Shown in pieces: positions 35,691 to 48,079 of a stretch of 64,000 bases of DNA. The stretch spans positions 35,765,148 to 35,829,147 of the forward strand of contig NC_133621.1 of assembly GCF_048593235.1 (NCBI RefSeq), given 5' to 3'. This stretch comes from Sminthopsis crassicaudata (taxonomy: Eukaryota). The notes below the pieces were generated by a model. The model worked only from the letters and a program-made list of their open reading frames with translations, ran no database searches and was not told where the DNA came from. Position numbers and translations under genes: made by a program. The first letter of the stretch is position 1. Every line of letters begins with the position of its first letter.

Positions 35691-38600
35691 GTAAGGAGGC
35701 ACGTTTACCTTGCCCTCAGATGCTCCCCTCCACTGCCCTGAGGACCGCCATTTGTACATCTTTTATTAGTATTTGGTTTTGACTGTACCTGAACTGACAA
35801 ATACATATGTTAAAGGGACCGCTGTTCCTATTCTTCCCAGGGAAGGTCCCAGGAAGGTTTCCTCTGATTTTGCTGAATCTGTGTTCTGGGGCTTTGAGAA
35901 GTTTAGGGACCTGCCTAGGGGCCATAGGATCATCCTGTCAAAGCTGGGAGGGATTTTATCGTCTTTGGAATCCAGTCCCCTCCTTTTACAAATGAAGAAA
36001 TTGAGGTTCATAAAAATTGTGATTTACCTGGGTCTGTGAGATCCTAGATTTGCAACTGGAAGGAGATTTATTGACTGTCAATTCCTTCTCCTAATGTAAT
36101 GGATCTTCCAGATTTTGAAACTAGCTTTCTAGTGTGCGATAAGGCTTCTCTCCTTAGGACTTTACAAACAAAACCCGAGATAGCGCTTTCCTCTAAGGAA
36201 CGAGCCCTCGACATGTGTACTACAAGAAAGGGCCCTGACTCTGGGCGTCTGGGTGGGCAGGGCTGCCCTTCTCCCATCCCCCTTCACTTCTCCATCACTG
36301 TGTGTGTGTCTGTCCCTGTGTCCCTTGCTGCTATTAATAGGGCTGTAGACATTGGCATTTGGATGACCCCGTAGAGGGTACATTTTTGTCATCCGAGCTG
36401 ATGACCAGATACACTTCCTTTGCAGCTGGACCCGCTCACGCAGGCAGATGAAGCTCGCCCAAGACACAAGGCGTGGGGTTTGTTTTTTTCCTTTTTTCTA
36501 ATAATTGCCTGCCAGGCAACAAGAACAGTGCTGCTTCTTTCAGATCTCTTATCCTCTTAATTGGGTTTGGAGTAATAAGTCATTTGCCTCCCTTGACATC
36601 CAGTGGCACGTTCTTCCACCACAGGGAAGCGTCCAAAGTGGAGGAGGTGGTGGAAAAAACCAGGAGAATGAGCAGCAGGGGCTGGGGGGTGTGCTAATCT
36701 CTCCATTTCTTGGGGAAAAACATCACGCTTTATGAAATGGTTGGGGCCAGACAGAAAACACGACCCCTCCCTCCATGTCTTCTTTATTTTCTCCATCTCA
36801 ATTTATACAAGTTTTCCTACGAGCAACAACTCTTAAGCCACAATCATTGATCTGGGATTGGAAGGGAGCTGAGAGACTCTCTTGGGCAGAGGGAGCTGGG
36901 CCAGACAGAAATTCAGTCCCTGGAGTCGGGAGGTGAATTCCAGGACCTCTGATTTCAGAGTCCACCGTACCGTGTTGTCTCCCCAGGAGTAGGAAAAAAT
37001 GGCAGCTCACTGTAGTGATCCCTGCCCTTACCCGTTTGCAAGCTTTCTATCTAGGGGTGGAGATGGACACAAATGAACAGTGGTCTTTGACATGAAAAGA
37101 CTCCCCGGGGTTTTCTGACTTCTTTCCTTTGGCCAACCTTCTCCAAGCATATTTTATATTTTCATTGCATTCCTTTTCATTTCATTTTGTATTTGCTTTT
37201 AATATTCCAAGAAGACCCAAACAGTGGATGTTGAGAACCCTTAGAAACAGCTTTGTCCAAGTTGGGCTAATTTGAAATTGGAGGCTAGAGTGCTAGAGCC
37301 ACTCACCTAGATTCTACCCTGGGGCTTGGAGGTGGCAGAGCGATTGAGCACAGCTAGGCGTGGAGTCGGGAATACTTGAATTTGAATCCTGACTCGGAGT
37401 AGGTCTCAGTTTTCTCATCTGTTAAATGGCTGAACATGGTGGTCAGTGAAGCCCTTTCCGGACACGTCTTCATACATTTACTGGCCGAGTAGCTCTCAAT
37501 CTTTCTCAGTCTCGGTCCTCATCTAGAGAGGGGACTGTATACCATGGTTTTCAGAGTCCTTCCAGCATTCTGTGATTCTCGTCTCTGCCCAATCCGTCTT
37601 TCTTCTAGCCCACCTTCTTTAGATCTGTCTATCTACACTTGGCTGATTTTAGCCAAGGGCCTTGGGGTGACTTTAATAGAGTTCCTTCTTTCTCCTGATT
37701 GAGGGAGGGGTGGGGAGAAGAGAAGCAACGCACCCAAAAGATTTGCTTCTCAGACTAACATAGCTGTGGTTTGCCACAGAAGGGCTGACCCAAGGGAGCT
37801 CCATTATGTCTGGTCACTTCCATGAAAGGCACTTGGACCCAGAAGCCTCTGTGTCCTTCCCCATGTGTAGACACTTTTACCCATTGGCACTCAAAGGGGT
37901 ATTTTGAGGTTAGAAAGGGGAAGGGGCCTACTGAACCACAGAAACGTCCAAGGAGGAAGTTTGAGGACAGAAAAAGTGTTTGAACCATTGAAATGTTTGG
38001 GAGCTTGGGGCACAAGTACTCTGGGGAAAAGTTGGAGAAACTGGGGTTGGTTAAGAAGGAAAAGAGAAAATCCAAGGATGATTTAAGGGTGACATGGAGC
38101 CATATGGTGGGTAAGGACGTCACTTGTATAGGAAGAGTGAGTCGTGTATGGCAAGACTGGTTCTCATTGATATCTCTGTGGTGTTGGGACGTCTTGAGGA
38201 AGGCCCCCTCCCTTAGAAAGGGACAACCTGAAAAATGTGACAAGAGGTGCCCTGGATGGGCAGCGTGGATGGGAGGGGACACCTAGCTTGGGGTTCTAGA
38301 GCACCTGGGCTTTGACATGCTGGATGTTCTCCATGACAAACTCAAACCCCCCCCAAAAAAGCAGGAGGGCCATTGGCCTTGAGGGAGAATTTCCCATCTG
38401 TAAGGGTCATTCACACCCCAGAGTCACTAATGGGGGGCTGAGCAGTTCTGTTCTTCTGAAGGCCTTTCCAAAGGGAGTAGGGATCACTTAGGAGGGCCCT
38501 CTCTTACAGAATCCGTGTCTTGACCTTGATGAATGCTCTGGTCGCTCCCCAGTCCGCCATACTAAGATGTCAGCCAAGGGCCTGTGGTGTGAGTCTGGGA

Positions 38601-40684
38601 CTCTGGCTTGGGATTTAGAAGTCCTGGCTCTGCCCTTCCTAACCCGTGTGACCTTGGCCAAATCTCTGGCTCTCCTCCGGTCTCCGTCACCTCCCCTGTA
38701 AACCGAGGGAACTGGCCATCCACACGGCCACGTAGGAGGAGGAGGAGCGTTTCGTGCTCTGGGCCTTGGCAGGGACAGGGCAGGGGGCACGCTGGACAGA
38801 TTCTGGATGTTGTTTTCATTTTGTATTTCCCTGAGAGCGCCCATAAATCCACCTGTCTCGGAGGCGGCCAGACTGGCTGACGCCTTCTGTGAAATGTGAT
38901 GTTCCTCCCCACGGACCTCCAGATTTCCTTGACTGCGGCTGAGGCGGGCCCAAGTGGGCGCCTGCCAAGAGGGAGACAATGAACAGATAGGGATGGGTCC
39001 TCTCCTTCCTCTCGGCCCCTCCTGTTCTCCGCTGGCAGCAATGATTGGATGATTACTAAGTGTAATTGGAAAGCAAATGAGCCATCTGGCTCTGTGAGAA
39101 GGATTCAGGGGGCCAGGGATGACTCACCTTTAACTGAGGGAGCTGGGGGGGGAATCCTGCCCCTTCTCCTCCTCTAGTGCCCGGGGCAGCTCTCAGAAAA
39201 GGAAGATGCCCTGCCGTCTCCTTGTCAGGCCAGGAAGAGAGTGACTGATGTCCAGGGCGGAGATGGCTCCCAGTGACCTCCTGGTCCATGGAGCTGGGAG
39301 CCCCATTGTCTCCACTTCCTGCTGTGGGAGGGTAGTGGAGGAAGTAGAAGGCAGCTTGTGCCAGGGGAGGGAGAGGGCATGAATGTCACCATTGATCCTG
39401 CGAGGTCTCAGGCTGGGGGGGTACTAGGGCTTGGGGTTTATGGTCTTCTTTGCAGGCTCGGGGGGGGGTAGTGTAACTTTGTTCTGTCACCTCCTGGCAG
39501 ATTGGGCACAAGCTTCACTCCGGCACATCCTGAGACAGTGCCAGGCGGGCTGCTGGTTTTCCACGCCAGCCTTTTCCTTTGTGGTTTTGTTCTTTGTGTG
39601 TGCAACTTTCAAGAGTCTATTTGTTTACTTATTTAGTTTTTAACTTTCAAGAGTTTTAAGTGTCCTAGAGAGAGTGCCCCACATCCAGGGCCACTCAGGA
39701 CCTTCCTCGCCCAGTCTTCTTCCTGCCAGGATCCTTCAGCTTGTAGCACAGAGCTTGACACCTGGAGGATGCTTATTGACCAAGACAGTGATCCCACAGT
39801 ATTGAGGGAGGAGGGTGGTCCTGATGCTGCCTTCCCACTTCCTGGCTCCATGATTGCGGACAAGCTTAAACCTCCGTTTCCTCATCTGTAAAACAAGAAT
39901 AAAAATAGCCTTTAGTCTCTTTCCAGTGGGGAGGGGGAGGGAGAGACAGGGTGAGAAGAGGGGAGAAATTGGACTGATGCCCTTGGGTTGTGGAGCATGC
40001 TCCCCCAGGCTCCATTGAGAGGAACTCATCTCTAACTTCCCCTTGCCATCATAAAGTGCTTTGCAAACTGTAACCTGGGATACCGGAGTAACAGGAAGCA
40101 CCCTGCCTTCCAGCCCCAAGGACCAGATGTTTTATTAGGTGAAAAACAACTACATGCGAAGACAGAGCAATTTGGGATGGGGGGCACTAGTATGGGGGGG
40201 TCAGGAAAGGCTGATAGGAGAGTTGCTGTGTCTGTTCAGTTTCTGCCATATTTTACATTCTGGTAATTGGCTTCATTTTCCCATTTTTCTGTTCTCATTT
40301 CTGTCTGGATCAGGATGTACCAGTGTTTCCCTGGTAGATTTGTTGTTTCTTTACTATCCTGGAGGTTTAATGCTCCTTTTATCATTGACCCCTCCCCCCA
40401 CCTGCCCTCCTCTTAATTTATTCCACCCTCTGCCTAATATGTTCCTATCTTCTTCTGAGATAATTTGGGATGAGTGACATCCATCGGGCCCCTGTGAGAA
40501 CCCCTGATGTGGGCCCCACTTTCAGCTCTTGGGGCTCAGACTTGATAGAGACTCTGGCTGTCACTTGTTCGAATTTAGAGTTATTTGTCCTAAGAAAAGG
40601 GAAGGGGCTCTTAGCTCTGGCCTGGGTATCCTCAGGCTCCTTGCTGCTCTGGGGCTGGAGATGCCAGAGATGAAGGGGAAGCAT

Positions 40685-42008
40685 GTGAGAGAGGGGGTGT
40701 CTCCCGCTGGGGAGGGGAGCCTGTGAGAGAGGGGGTGTCTCCCGCTGGGGAGGGGCAGGCTGTGAGAGAGGGGGTGTCTCCCGCTGGGGAGGGGCAGGCT
40801 GTGAGAGAGGGGGTGTCTCCCGCTGGGGAGGGGCAGGCTGTGAGACAGGGGGTGTCTCCCGCTGGGGAGGGGCAGCCTGTGAGAGAGGGGGTGTCTCCCG
40901 CTGGGGAGGGGCAGCCTGTGAGAGAGGGGGTGTCTCCCGCTGGGGAGGGGCAGGCTGTGAGAGAGGGGGTGTCTCCCCTGGGGAGGGGCAGGCTGTGAGA
41001 GAGGGGGTGTCTCCCCTGGGGAGGGGCAGGCTGTGAGAGAGGGGGTGTCTCCCGCTGGGGAGGGGCAGGCTGTGAGAGAGGGGGTGTCTCCCGCTGGGGA
41101 GGAGCAGCCTGTGAGACAGGGGGTGTCTCCCGCTGGGGAGGGGCAGCCTGTGAGACAGGGGGTGTCTCCCGCTGGGGAGGGGCAGGCTGTGAGAGAGGGG
41201 GTGTCTCCCGCTGGGGAGGGGCAGCCTGTGAGAGAGGGGGTGTCTCCCGCTGGGGAGGGGCAGGCTGTGAGACAGGGGGTGTCTCCCGCTGGGGAGGGGC
41301 AGCCTGTGAGACAGGGGGTGTCTCCCGCTGGGGAGGGGCAGGCTGTGAGAGAGGGGGTGTCTCCCCTGGGGAGGGGCAGGCTGTGAGAGAGGGGGTGTCT
41401 CCCGCTGGGGAGGGGCAGGCTGTGAGAGAGGGGGTGTCTCCCGCTGGGGAGGAGCAGCCTGTGAGACAGGGGGTGTCTCCCGCTGGGGAGGGGCAGCCTG
41501 TGAGACAGGGGGTGTCTCCCGCTGGGGAGGGGCAGCCTGTGAGACAGGGGGTGTCTCCCGCTGGGGAGGGGCAGCCTGTGAGAGAGGGGGTGTCTCCCGC
41601 TGGGGAGGGGCAGGCTGTGAGAGAGGGGGTGTCTCCCGCTGGGGAGGGGCAGCCTGTGAGAGAGGGGGTGTCTCCCGCTGGGGAGGAGCAGCCTGTGAGA
41701 CAGGGGGTGTCTCCCGCTGGGGAGGGGCAGGCTGTGAGAGAGGGGGTGTCTCCCGCTGGGGAGGGGCAGGCTGTGAGAGAGGGGGTGTCTCCCGCTGGGG
41801 AGGGGCAGGCTGTGAGAGAGGGGGTGTCTCCCGCTGGGGAGGGGCAGGCTGTGAGAGAGGGGGTGTCTCCCGCTGGGGAGGGGCAGGCTGTGAGAGAGGG
41901 GGTGTCTCCCGCTGGGGAGGGGCAGCCTGTGAGAGAGGGGGTGTCTCCCGCTGGGGAGGGGCAGGCTGTGAGAGAGGCGGTGTCTCCCGCTGGGGAGGGG
42001 CAGGCTGT
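40685..42008. repeat. G-rich minisatellite, 34 units of 39 bp (a few 38 bp)
   Basis: Consensus GTGAGAGAGGGGGTGTCTCCCGCTGGGGAGGGGCAGGCT; units counted by eye from 40685 to 41968. Confidence 0.97.
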
Positions 42009-43019
42009 CTGCCCAGAACAGGCTCTTTGGCCCCTTGTGTGTGTGCTGGGGTATGTACATGTGAGTGCTTTCATTCTTTTTTCTACATATCCCCGGGACT
42101 GTCTTTTAAGGCTCAATGGTTTGCACTTGTTTGAAGCTCACACATATTTTTGCCTGATAGAATAATGCATTTCTATAGTGTCTTCTATGCCAAGTACTTT
42201 ACAGATGTGATCTCATCTGATTTCCACAACAACTCTGGGAGCTGGTTGCTACTCTCATTCCCATTTTACAGATGAGGAAACTGAGGCAGGTGGTGGTTGA
42301 GTGATTTGACCAGGTTCGCCCAGCTGGTAAATATCAGGTTGAATCTGAACTTAAAAGTTTTCCTGTCGTCCCCATGTTACCTAGCAGCTTCTACATTCTA
42401 CATTTGATAAAATGTAAGTTTTTTGAGAACAGGGACTTTTTTTTTTTTTTTATGTATCTGTATCCTCAGTTTACTTCAGGTTCCTTGATTGATGTGCACC
42501 CTCTTGATCCCCCCTCAGCCGCTTGTCATCATAGTTACTAGGAGACAGAATGTGAGGTTCTTATTCTTAAATGAAGCTGTTGAACATTTCTATTCTGTTT
42601 AAAAAATGCTATTGATTTTCAGTTAAAAGATAGCATTTGAAATGGATTTTTCCTTCTCCCCTCTCCCCAATATAATTAATTGGATCATTTAATTTCTCAG
42701 TAGGGAAACATTAGGAGTTGAGGTTATATATATATGTTAGCTGCCTCTTTCCATAAAATAAATATCTAAAATATTTATAACAAATAAATAATAATTGGAA
42801 ATGTCTGTCCTGGATGGAGCTGGCCCATAGGAGAATTTTGAAGTGGCTGCAGTTGCCTTTAGCACCCAGAATGTCTCCTTTCCTTGCCTTTCACCCCTAC
42901 GGGTGTCCTCAATTACCTGGTCTGATTTTGAAGACTGAATGGGTGGAGGGAGAGCCAGGGCCAGGGCCTCGGCTGCTGGCTGTGTGACCCTTCACCAGTC
43001 AGTGTGTTCACAGGGTGGC

Positions 43020-43235
43020 AGGCAACTCCTGGATGATGAGGTTTGGAGCAGGTGTCAGGAAGATCGAATTCAAATAGTGCTTCCTAGTTGTGTGACCCTG
43101 GGCAAGAGATTTCATCTTGTTTGCCTCAGTTTCCTCATCTGTACAATGAGCTGGAGAAGGAAATGGTTAACCATCCTAGTGCCAAGAAAACCCCACATGG
43201 GATTGTATAGAATCAGACATGATTGAACAGCAGCA
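43020..43235 (+). mobile_element. MAR1-type CORE-SINE
   Basis: tagttgtgtgaccctgggcaag...cctcagtttcctcatctgtacaatgagctggagaaggaaatgg...aatcagacatgattgaacagcagc. Confidence 0.8.
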
Positions 43236-43982
43236 ATGAGTTTTTTGGGGAATTCCTTACACGAGGAAATTTCAGGTCTCATTAAACAAAGAAATGAGGA
43301 GCAGCTGGATGTTAAATCTGTTACAGTCCTGTGGGGCAGCTGTGGAGCCAGACCAATGAAAGTCCAGGGCAGAGGTCCTTGCTTAGGACCAGACTGTCTG
43401 GCTTTTCGCAGGGTTTTAGGGCTCACGGGCTAGGGGAGTGTCTAGGGCTGGCTTGCATCTTGCTGAATAGATCCTGGGTGCTCTAGCAGTACTTGCTAAT
43501 TAGAGGTCTTCAGACAGAACCACACCTAAGCCAACACATATAAATGAGTCTCCATTTGGGTTCAAAGTCCTTGAGAAAAATGTGTGACAGGAACAAGGCT
43601 ACTGCATCTGGAGTCCAAGAACCTGGGTTAAAATCCTCCCTTTGATGAGGACTGTGTGACCTTAAACAATGCTGAAATTCCTTGGGCCTCAGTTTCCTTC
43701 TTTGTAAAATAAAAACTAATCGAGTTCAGTGGTCTCTGCAATGATATTCCAGAACTTCTTTAGAGATATCTAGTTTAACCTTCCAAAAAAATCTTTGACC
43801 CGCCACACATTTATTCCCATTCACACATATTATTTCCATTTTGAAGTAGAGGAAACCGAGTCTGAGAGGGATTAAGCACATTGCCCAGAATCACTCAGCT
43901 AGTAAGTATCTGAAGCTGGGTTGGAATTCAGGTCTTCCTGTCTTCTTGCCCCTAGTCTGCCAGTTCCATGTATATTCTATAC

Positions 43983-44172
43983 CAGTGGTCCTCAAACTTT
44001 TTAAATAGGGGCCACTTCACTGTCCCTCAGACTGTTGGAGGGCCGGACTATAGTAAAAGCAAAAACTCACACTCTGTCTCCGCCCCTCAGCCCATTTGCC
44101 ATAACCCGGCGGCCGCATAAACGTCCTCAGTGGGCGGCATCTGGCCCAGGAGCCATAGTTTGAGAATCCCTG
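43983..44172. mobile_element. Non-autonomous hAT MITE (OC1/OposCharlie1-like), copy 2, opposite orientation
   Basis: TIRs CAGTGGTCCTCAAACT / AGTTTGAGAATCCCTG; 8-bp TSD TTCTATAC / TTCTATAA (7/8), consistent with hAT. Confidence 0.9.
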
Positions 44173-45389
44173 TTCTATAACCTCCTTTCCAGGAATGCAT
44201 TAAAGATTTTTTTTTACCCCCTTTCTTTAAAAAAGTAGAAAATGGACATATCAGAAACTCTTTGCCTTTCTCCACCATTGAATCTCCTGCTGTTCTTTCA
44301 GGGGCAGGTTAGTTTGTTTCAGTAAAAGGGTTTTTCAAACATTGTTTTAGAGAACTCTCTCCACCTCCAGTGCTGGGACACACTTCTAGCGCTATATTTT
44401 TGGAAAGAGGATGCTTCTTTGTGGTCTGCTCTGTCACTGCCCTAACTCCAAACTCTATCATGGAGCTGTGAAAGGAGTACCAGACCCAGAGCAGAAAGTC
44501 CTTGGTCACATTCCAACTGGCCAAGTCACGCAACCTCTCGATGATATCTGAGATCTCTTCTGACTCCAACTCTATCATTTGACCTCTGTGACCTTGGGCA
44601 AATGGCTTCCTTACTCAGCCTCAGTTTACACATTTTTAAAATTGGGGAAGGGGTTGGATTAGATGAGGTTCCTTCCCTCTCTAAATTTATGTGATCCTGA
44701 TTCTGTGAGACTAATGGCCAAAGTTGCCTTTAGCATGAAACGGTTATCTCACCGCTTGTGGGCTTGCTATTTGTTGAGTGGTGTGTGGGTTGGGAATGAG
44801 TAATGAGTGCTCTATAATTTGGGTGGACATGTGGTCTCAAAACTAGGTGTCCAAGTCCCCCCAGGTGGTCGGTGTTTGTTACATTTCTTACCTTTCCCTC
44901 TGTGTTGGAAACTGAGTCTGTGGGGCATGAATGGTGAACTTAAAAGGAAGAAACTTTGTCCTTTTCAGTTTCCTATTGTTCTTCCCTCCTGGAATCAAGA
45001 GAAAATGTGACGATTCCCCCAAAGTTACTTGATTGGGAGGTGAGAAGGAATGCAGGCCATATCTGTGGCATGCCATTATTCGTTATTCATATATCCAGTA
45101 AATGTTGACTGTTCTGGGTATGGGCCGAATGCATCCTTCACTATGGTAGGTAGGTTCTATGGAAAATTAAAAATGTGGGAGGCGTCATTCCCTTCACTCC
45201 CTTACTCTCACACCCGTGGAGTTGGTGGGAACATCATAGATCCCATGCTTGCTGCCCCTGGTTGGGACTCTTTTCTGAGCCTGGAGAAATAGGTGCTATG
45301 GGAATTGTCCAGGGAAGCCAGTTTTCAGGTTCTAGGTGTGGTATGAGAGGAGAAAAGGTATCTGGGAACTCTCTATTGGACGGTAGAAT

Positions 45390-45870
45390 TCCTACAGACC
45401 TAGTAGTTGTATTACTGGGTTAAAAGGTAAGCACAATGTAGTGACTTTTTGGGTGTAGCTTCAAGGTGCTTTCCGGAATGGCTTGACCAAATTCATGGCA
45501 TCTCCAATGGTGTCAGTTTTCCCACAGCCCCTCCCAACATTTGTCATTTTTCTTCCCCCCCCCCACTCTGCCAATCTAATGGGCATGAGGCGGAATCTCA
45601 GATTTGCTTTTATTTGAATTTATCGCATTATTAGTGATTTGGAACATTTTTTTTTCAAGTTGCTAGCTTGGTTTTCTTTCCTTTGACCTTGTGAATATCC
45701 TTTTGTCAACTGAAGGAGTGGCTCTATTCTCATGAATCTGAATCCGTTCCTTACATATCTCTGTCATGAGACCTTTGTCACAGAAATGCTGCAAAGATTT
45801 TTTTTTTCCTCATTCTGTTACCTCCTTCCTTAATTTTAGATGCTTTGGTTTTGCTCATTTCAGAAGTCCT
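45390..45870 (-). mobile_element. L1 ORF2 3' fragment (degraded)
   Basis: cctagtagttgtattactgggttaaaaggtaagcac...gctttccggaatggcttgaccaaattc...ccaatctaatgggcatgaggcggaatctcaga matches the antisense of L1 ORF2 C-terminal sequence. Confidence 0.8.
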
Positions 45871-46179
45871 TCCCAGCCCTTGGGGGCCTATGTGTCTCCC
45901 TTAATGGTGAGGAATGTAGGAACCATCTCTTTCCTTATGCAGGGCAGAATGGGATGGACTGCGGTGCATCAGAGCAGCCTCCTTGGTTTGATTTTTTGGG
46001 TGTACTTTTACCCTTGTAGGCAGCCTTCCTTGGCACAACATCTCAGAATCAGCAGTCTCTCTGCTGACCTCTGTGCCCTGGATTGCAACAGAACTCCAGG
46101 CTTTCGAACATGCTGTACTGACTGTGGACATATTTTGTTCTCCAAGTTTTCCTTTTAATTGAAGACTCATTTCCATTAA

Positions 46180-46323
46180 NNNNNNNNNNNNNNNNNNNNN
46201 NNNNNNNNNNNNNNNNNNNNNNNNNNNNNNNNNNNNNNNNNNNNNNNNNNNNNNNNNNNNNNNNNNNNNNNNNNNNNNNNNNNNNNNNNNNNNNNNNNNN
46301 NNNNNNNNNNNNNNNNNNNNNNN
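46180..46323. other. Assembly gap in intron 3
   Basis: Run of N. Confidence 0.99.
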
Positions 46324-47109
46324 TTTATAAATGTGTCAGGTTACTAACGGTCACTCTGGCAGTGACAGGAGACAGCTCGGGGGGAGGAAGACTTGGCTGT
46401 CCAATGAAGTAGGTCCCCATTTGACCATGAACAGAAGGTGTCAAATAGCACAGAAAACTGGGCTCAGGAAAATGAAGGAGGGCACAGGGATCTTAGCAAG
46501 TGATGGAAGCGGGAAGCAAAAATTATTTCTGACTGGAGCCTGGAATAGCTCTTGTTTTCAAGTGAAAAGGAATAAATCAACAGATATATATTGAATGATG
46601 CCCGCTAAGAATAACAGCTGACATTTGTGTGGCCTTTTCAGGTTTGTGAAATGCTTGATCTGTGTGGCTTCCTTTAGTCTTCATGGTACAGATTCAGCTC
46701 CTTTGAAGGAAGTATACTAGAAGCATTATTCCCATTTTACATATGAAGAAATTGAGGCTGAGAACTGAATAATCACACACACACACATATGTATGGAGGA
46801 AGTAGTCTCTGTGCTCAAATAACTTATATTCTAATGGGAAATTCACATATATAGGAAGGGTTGTGGGCAGGGAAGGGAGTTTTGATCTGAGGAGTCATAG
46901 AAATGGTAAGTTATTCATAGAATAATTGATTGACATAACCCTTCCAGGAAACAATAGGAGTATTAATTTTGTTATGAAGGCCCAGAGAAAGAGACGGAAG
47001 GGCAGGGTGGCCAAGGATATGTAGTATGCAGATAGCAAGATGGTCTAAGCTAACCTTTTTTATATGGAACTTAGGCTATGATGACAAAGAAGAAGCAAAT
47101 ACATATGAA

Positions 47110-47985
47110 AATTGATTTCTAAGTCAGTTGTTTTTCCAGTGGGGTTTTTCACATTATTTGCTATTTTTTCATTGTTTTGGTTTTCTTTTATTTTTTTGTG
47201 ATGTCTCATAAAATCATTAGCTTCCATTTGCTCAATTCTAATTTTCAAGGAATTATTTTCCTTGGCACTCTTTTGGACCTCTTTTCCCATTTGGCCAGTC
47301 TTGTTTTTTAAGGAATTCTTCTCATTCGTTTTTTGTGTTTCCTTTTGCATCACTCATTTCTCTTCCCAATTTTTCCTCCACTGACTTGATATTTCAGAAT
47401 CCCCTTTGAGCTCTTCCATGGCTGAGACGGATTCTTCTTATTTTGTAGGTTTTGGATGTAGAAGCTTTGGCTTTATCTTCTGAGTGTGTTTTGATCTTTG
47501 TCCCCTTAGTAACTTTCTGTGGTCAGAATTTTTTTCTGTGGTTTGCTCGTTTTCCCAGCTTATTACCCGGCTTTTAATTCTTTGTTAAAATAGGGCTCTA
47601 TTTCTATTGTGGAGGGTATAATTTCCCAAGCTTCAATAGTTTTGTGCAGCTGTTTTCAGAGATCCTCCTAGGGACTTGCCCACGAGCCATCTTTTCCATC
47701 CTGGAATTGTGAGGAGAGTCCCTGCTCTACTGTGTATGCAGATTCTAGTACGCTAAAGCCACAGAGTCCTTCCTCAGTCACATTTAGGAGACCGCCTTCT
47801 GTCCAGATCCACCCCCTTACAGTCTGTGGGCTAAGGCTCCTGGAAGCTGCTGCCACCGCCCACTCCTGGTTTGCTGGAAGCCCTTCTCACCCTAGTGAGA
47901 CAGACTTTCCCAGCTGATCTTCCAAGTTGTCTGGAAACCACCACCAGTGCTGCCACTGATTCAGAGGCTCCAATGTCTGTTCCTG
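47110..47985 (-). mobile_element. L1 5'UTR plus ORF1 N-terminal/coiled-coil fragment (degraded)
   Basis: Minus ORF 47060..47353 contains KENNSLKIRIEQMEANDFMRHHKKIKENQNNEKIANNVKNPTGKTTDLE, typical of marsupial L1 ORF1p. Upstream GC-richer sequence resembles an L1 5'UTR. Confidence 0.85.
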
Positions 47986-48079
47986 GTAATTTAAATAGCA
48001 ATATGCAAATTAGGTAACAGAAAAAAATATATATGTATTTATATGTATGTGTATACACACACATATAAACAAATGTTCT

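Noticed and set aside
35532-35741. ORF-track products extending exons 1, 3 and 4 (91, 69 and 92 aa)
   Set aside because: Read-through into flanking intron; true limits are set by the AG/GT sites.
40561-42165. Long ORFs (499, 494 and 260 aa) across the 39-bp array
   Set aside because: The unit is 13 codons with no stop in these frames, so long ORFs arise automatically. Products are pure repeats and frames shift at the 38-bp units.
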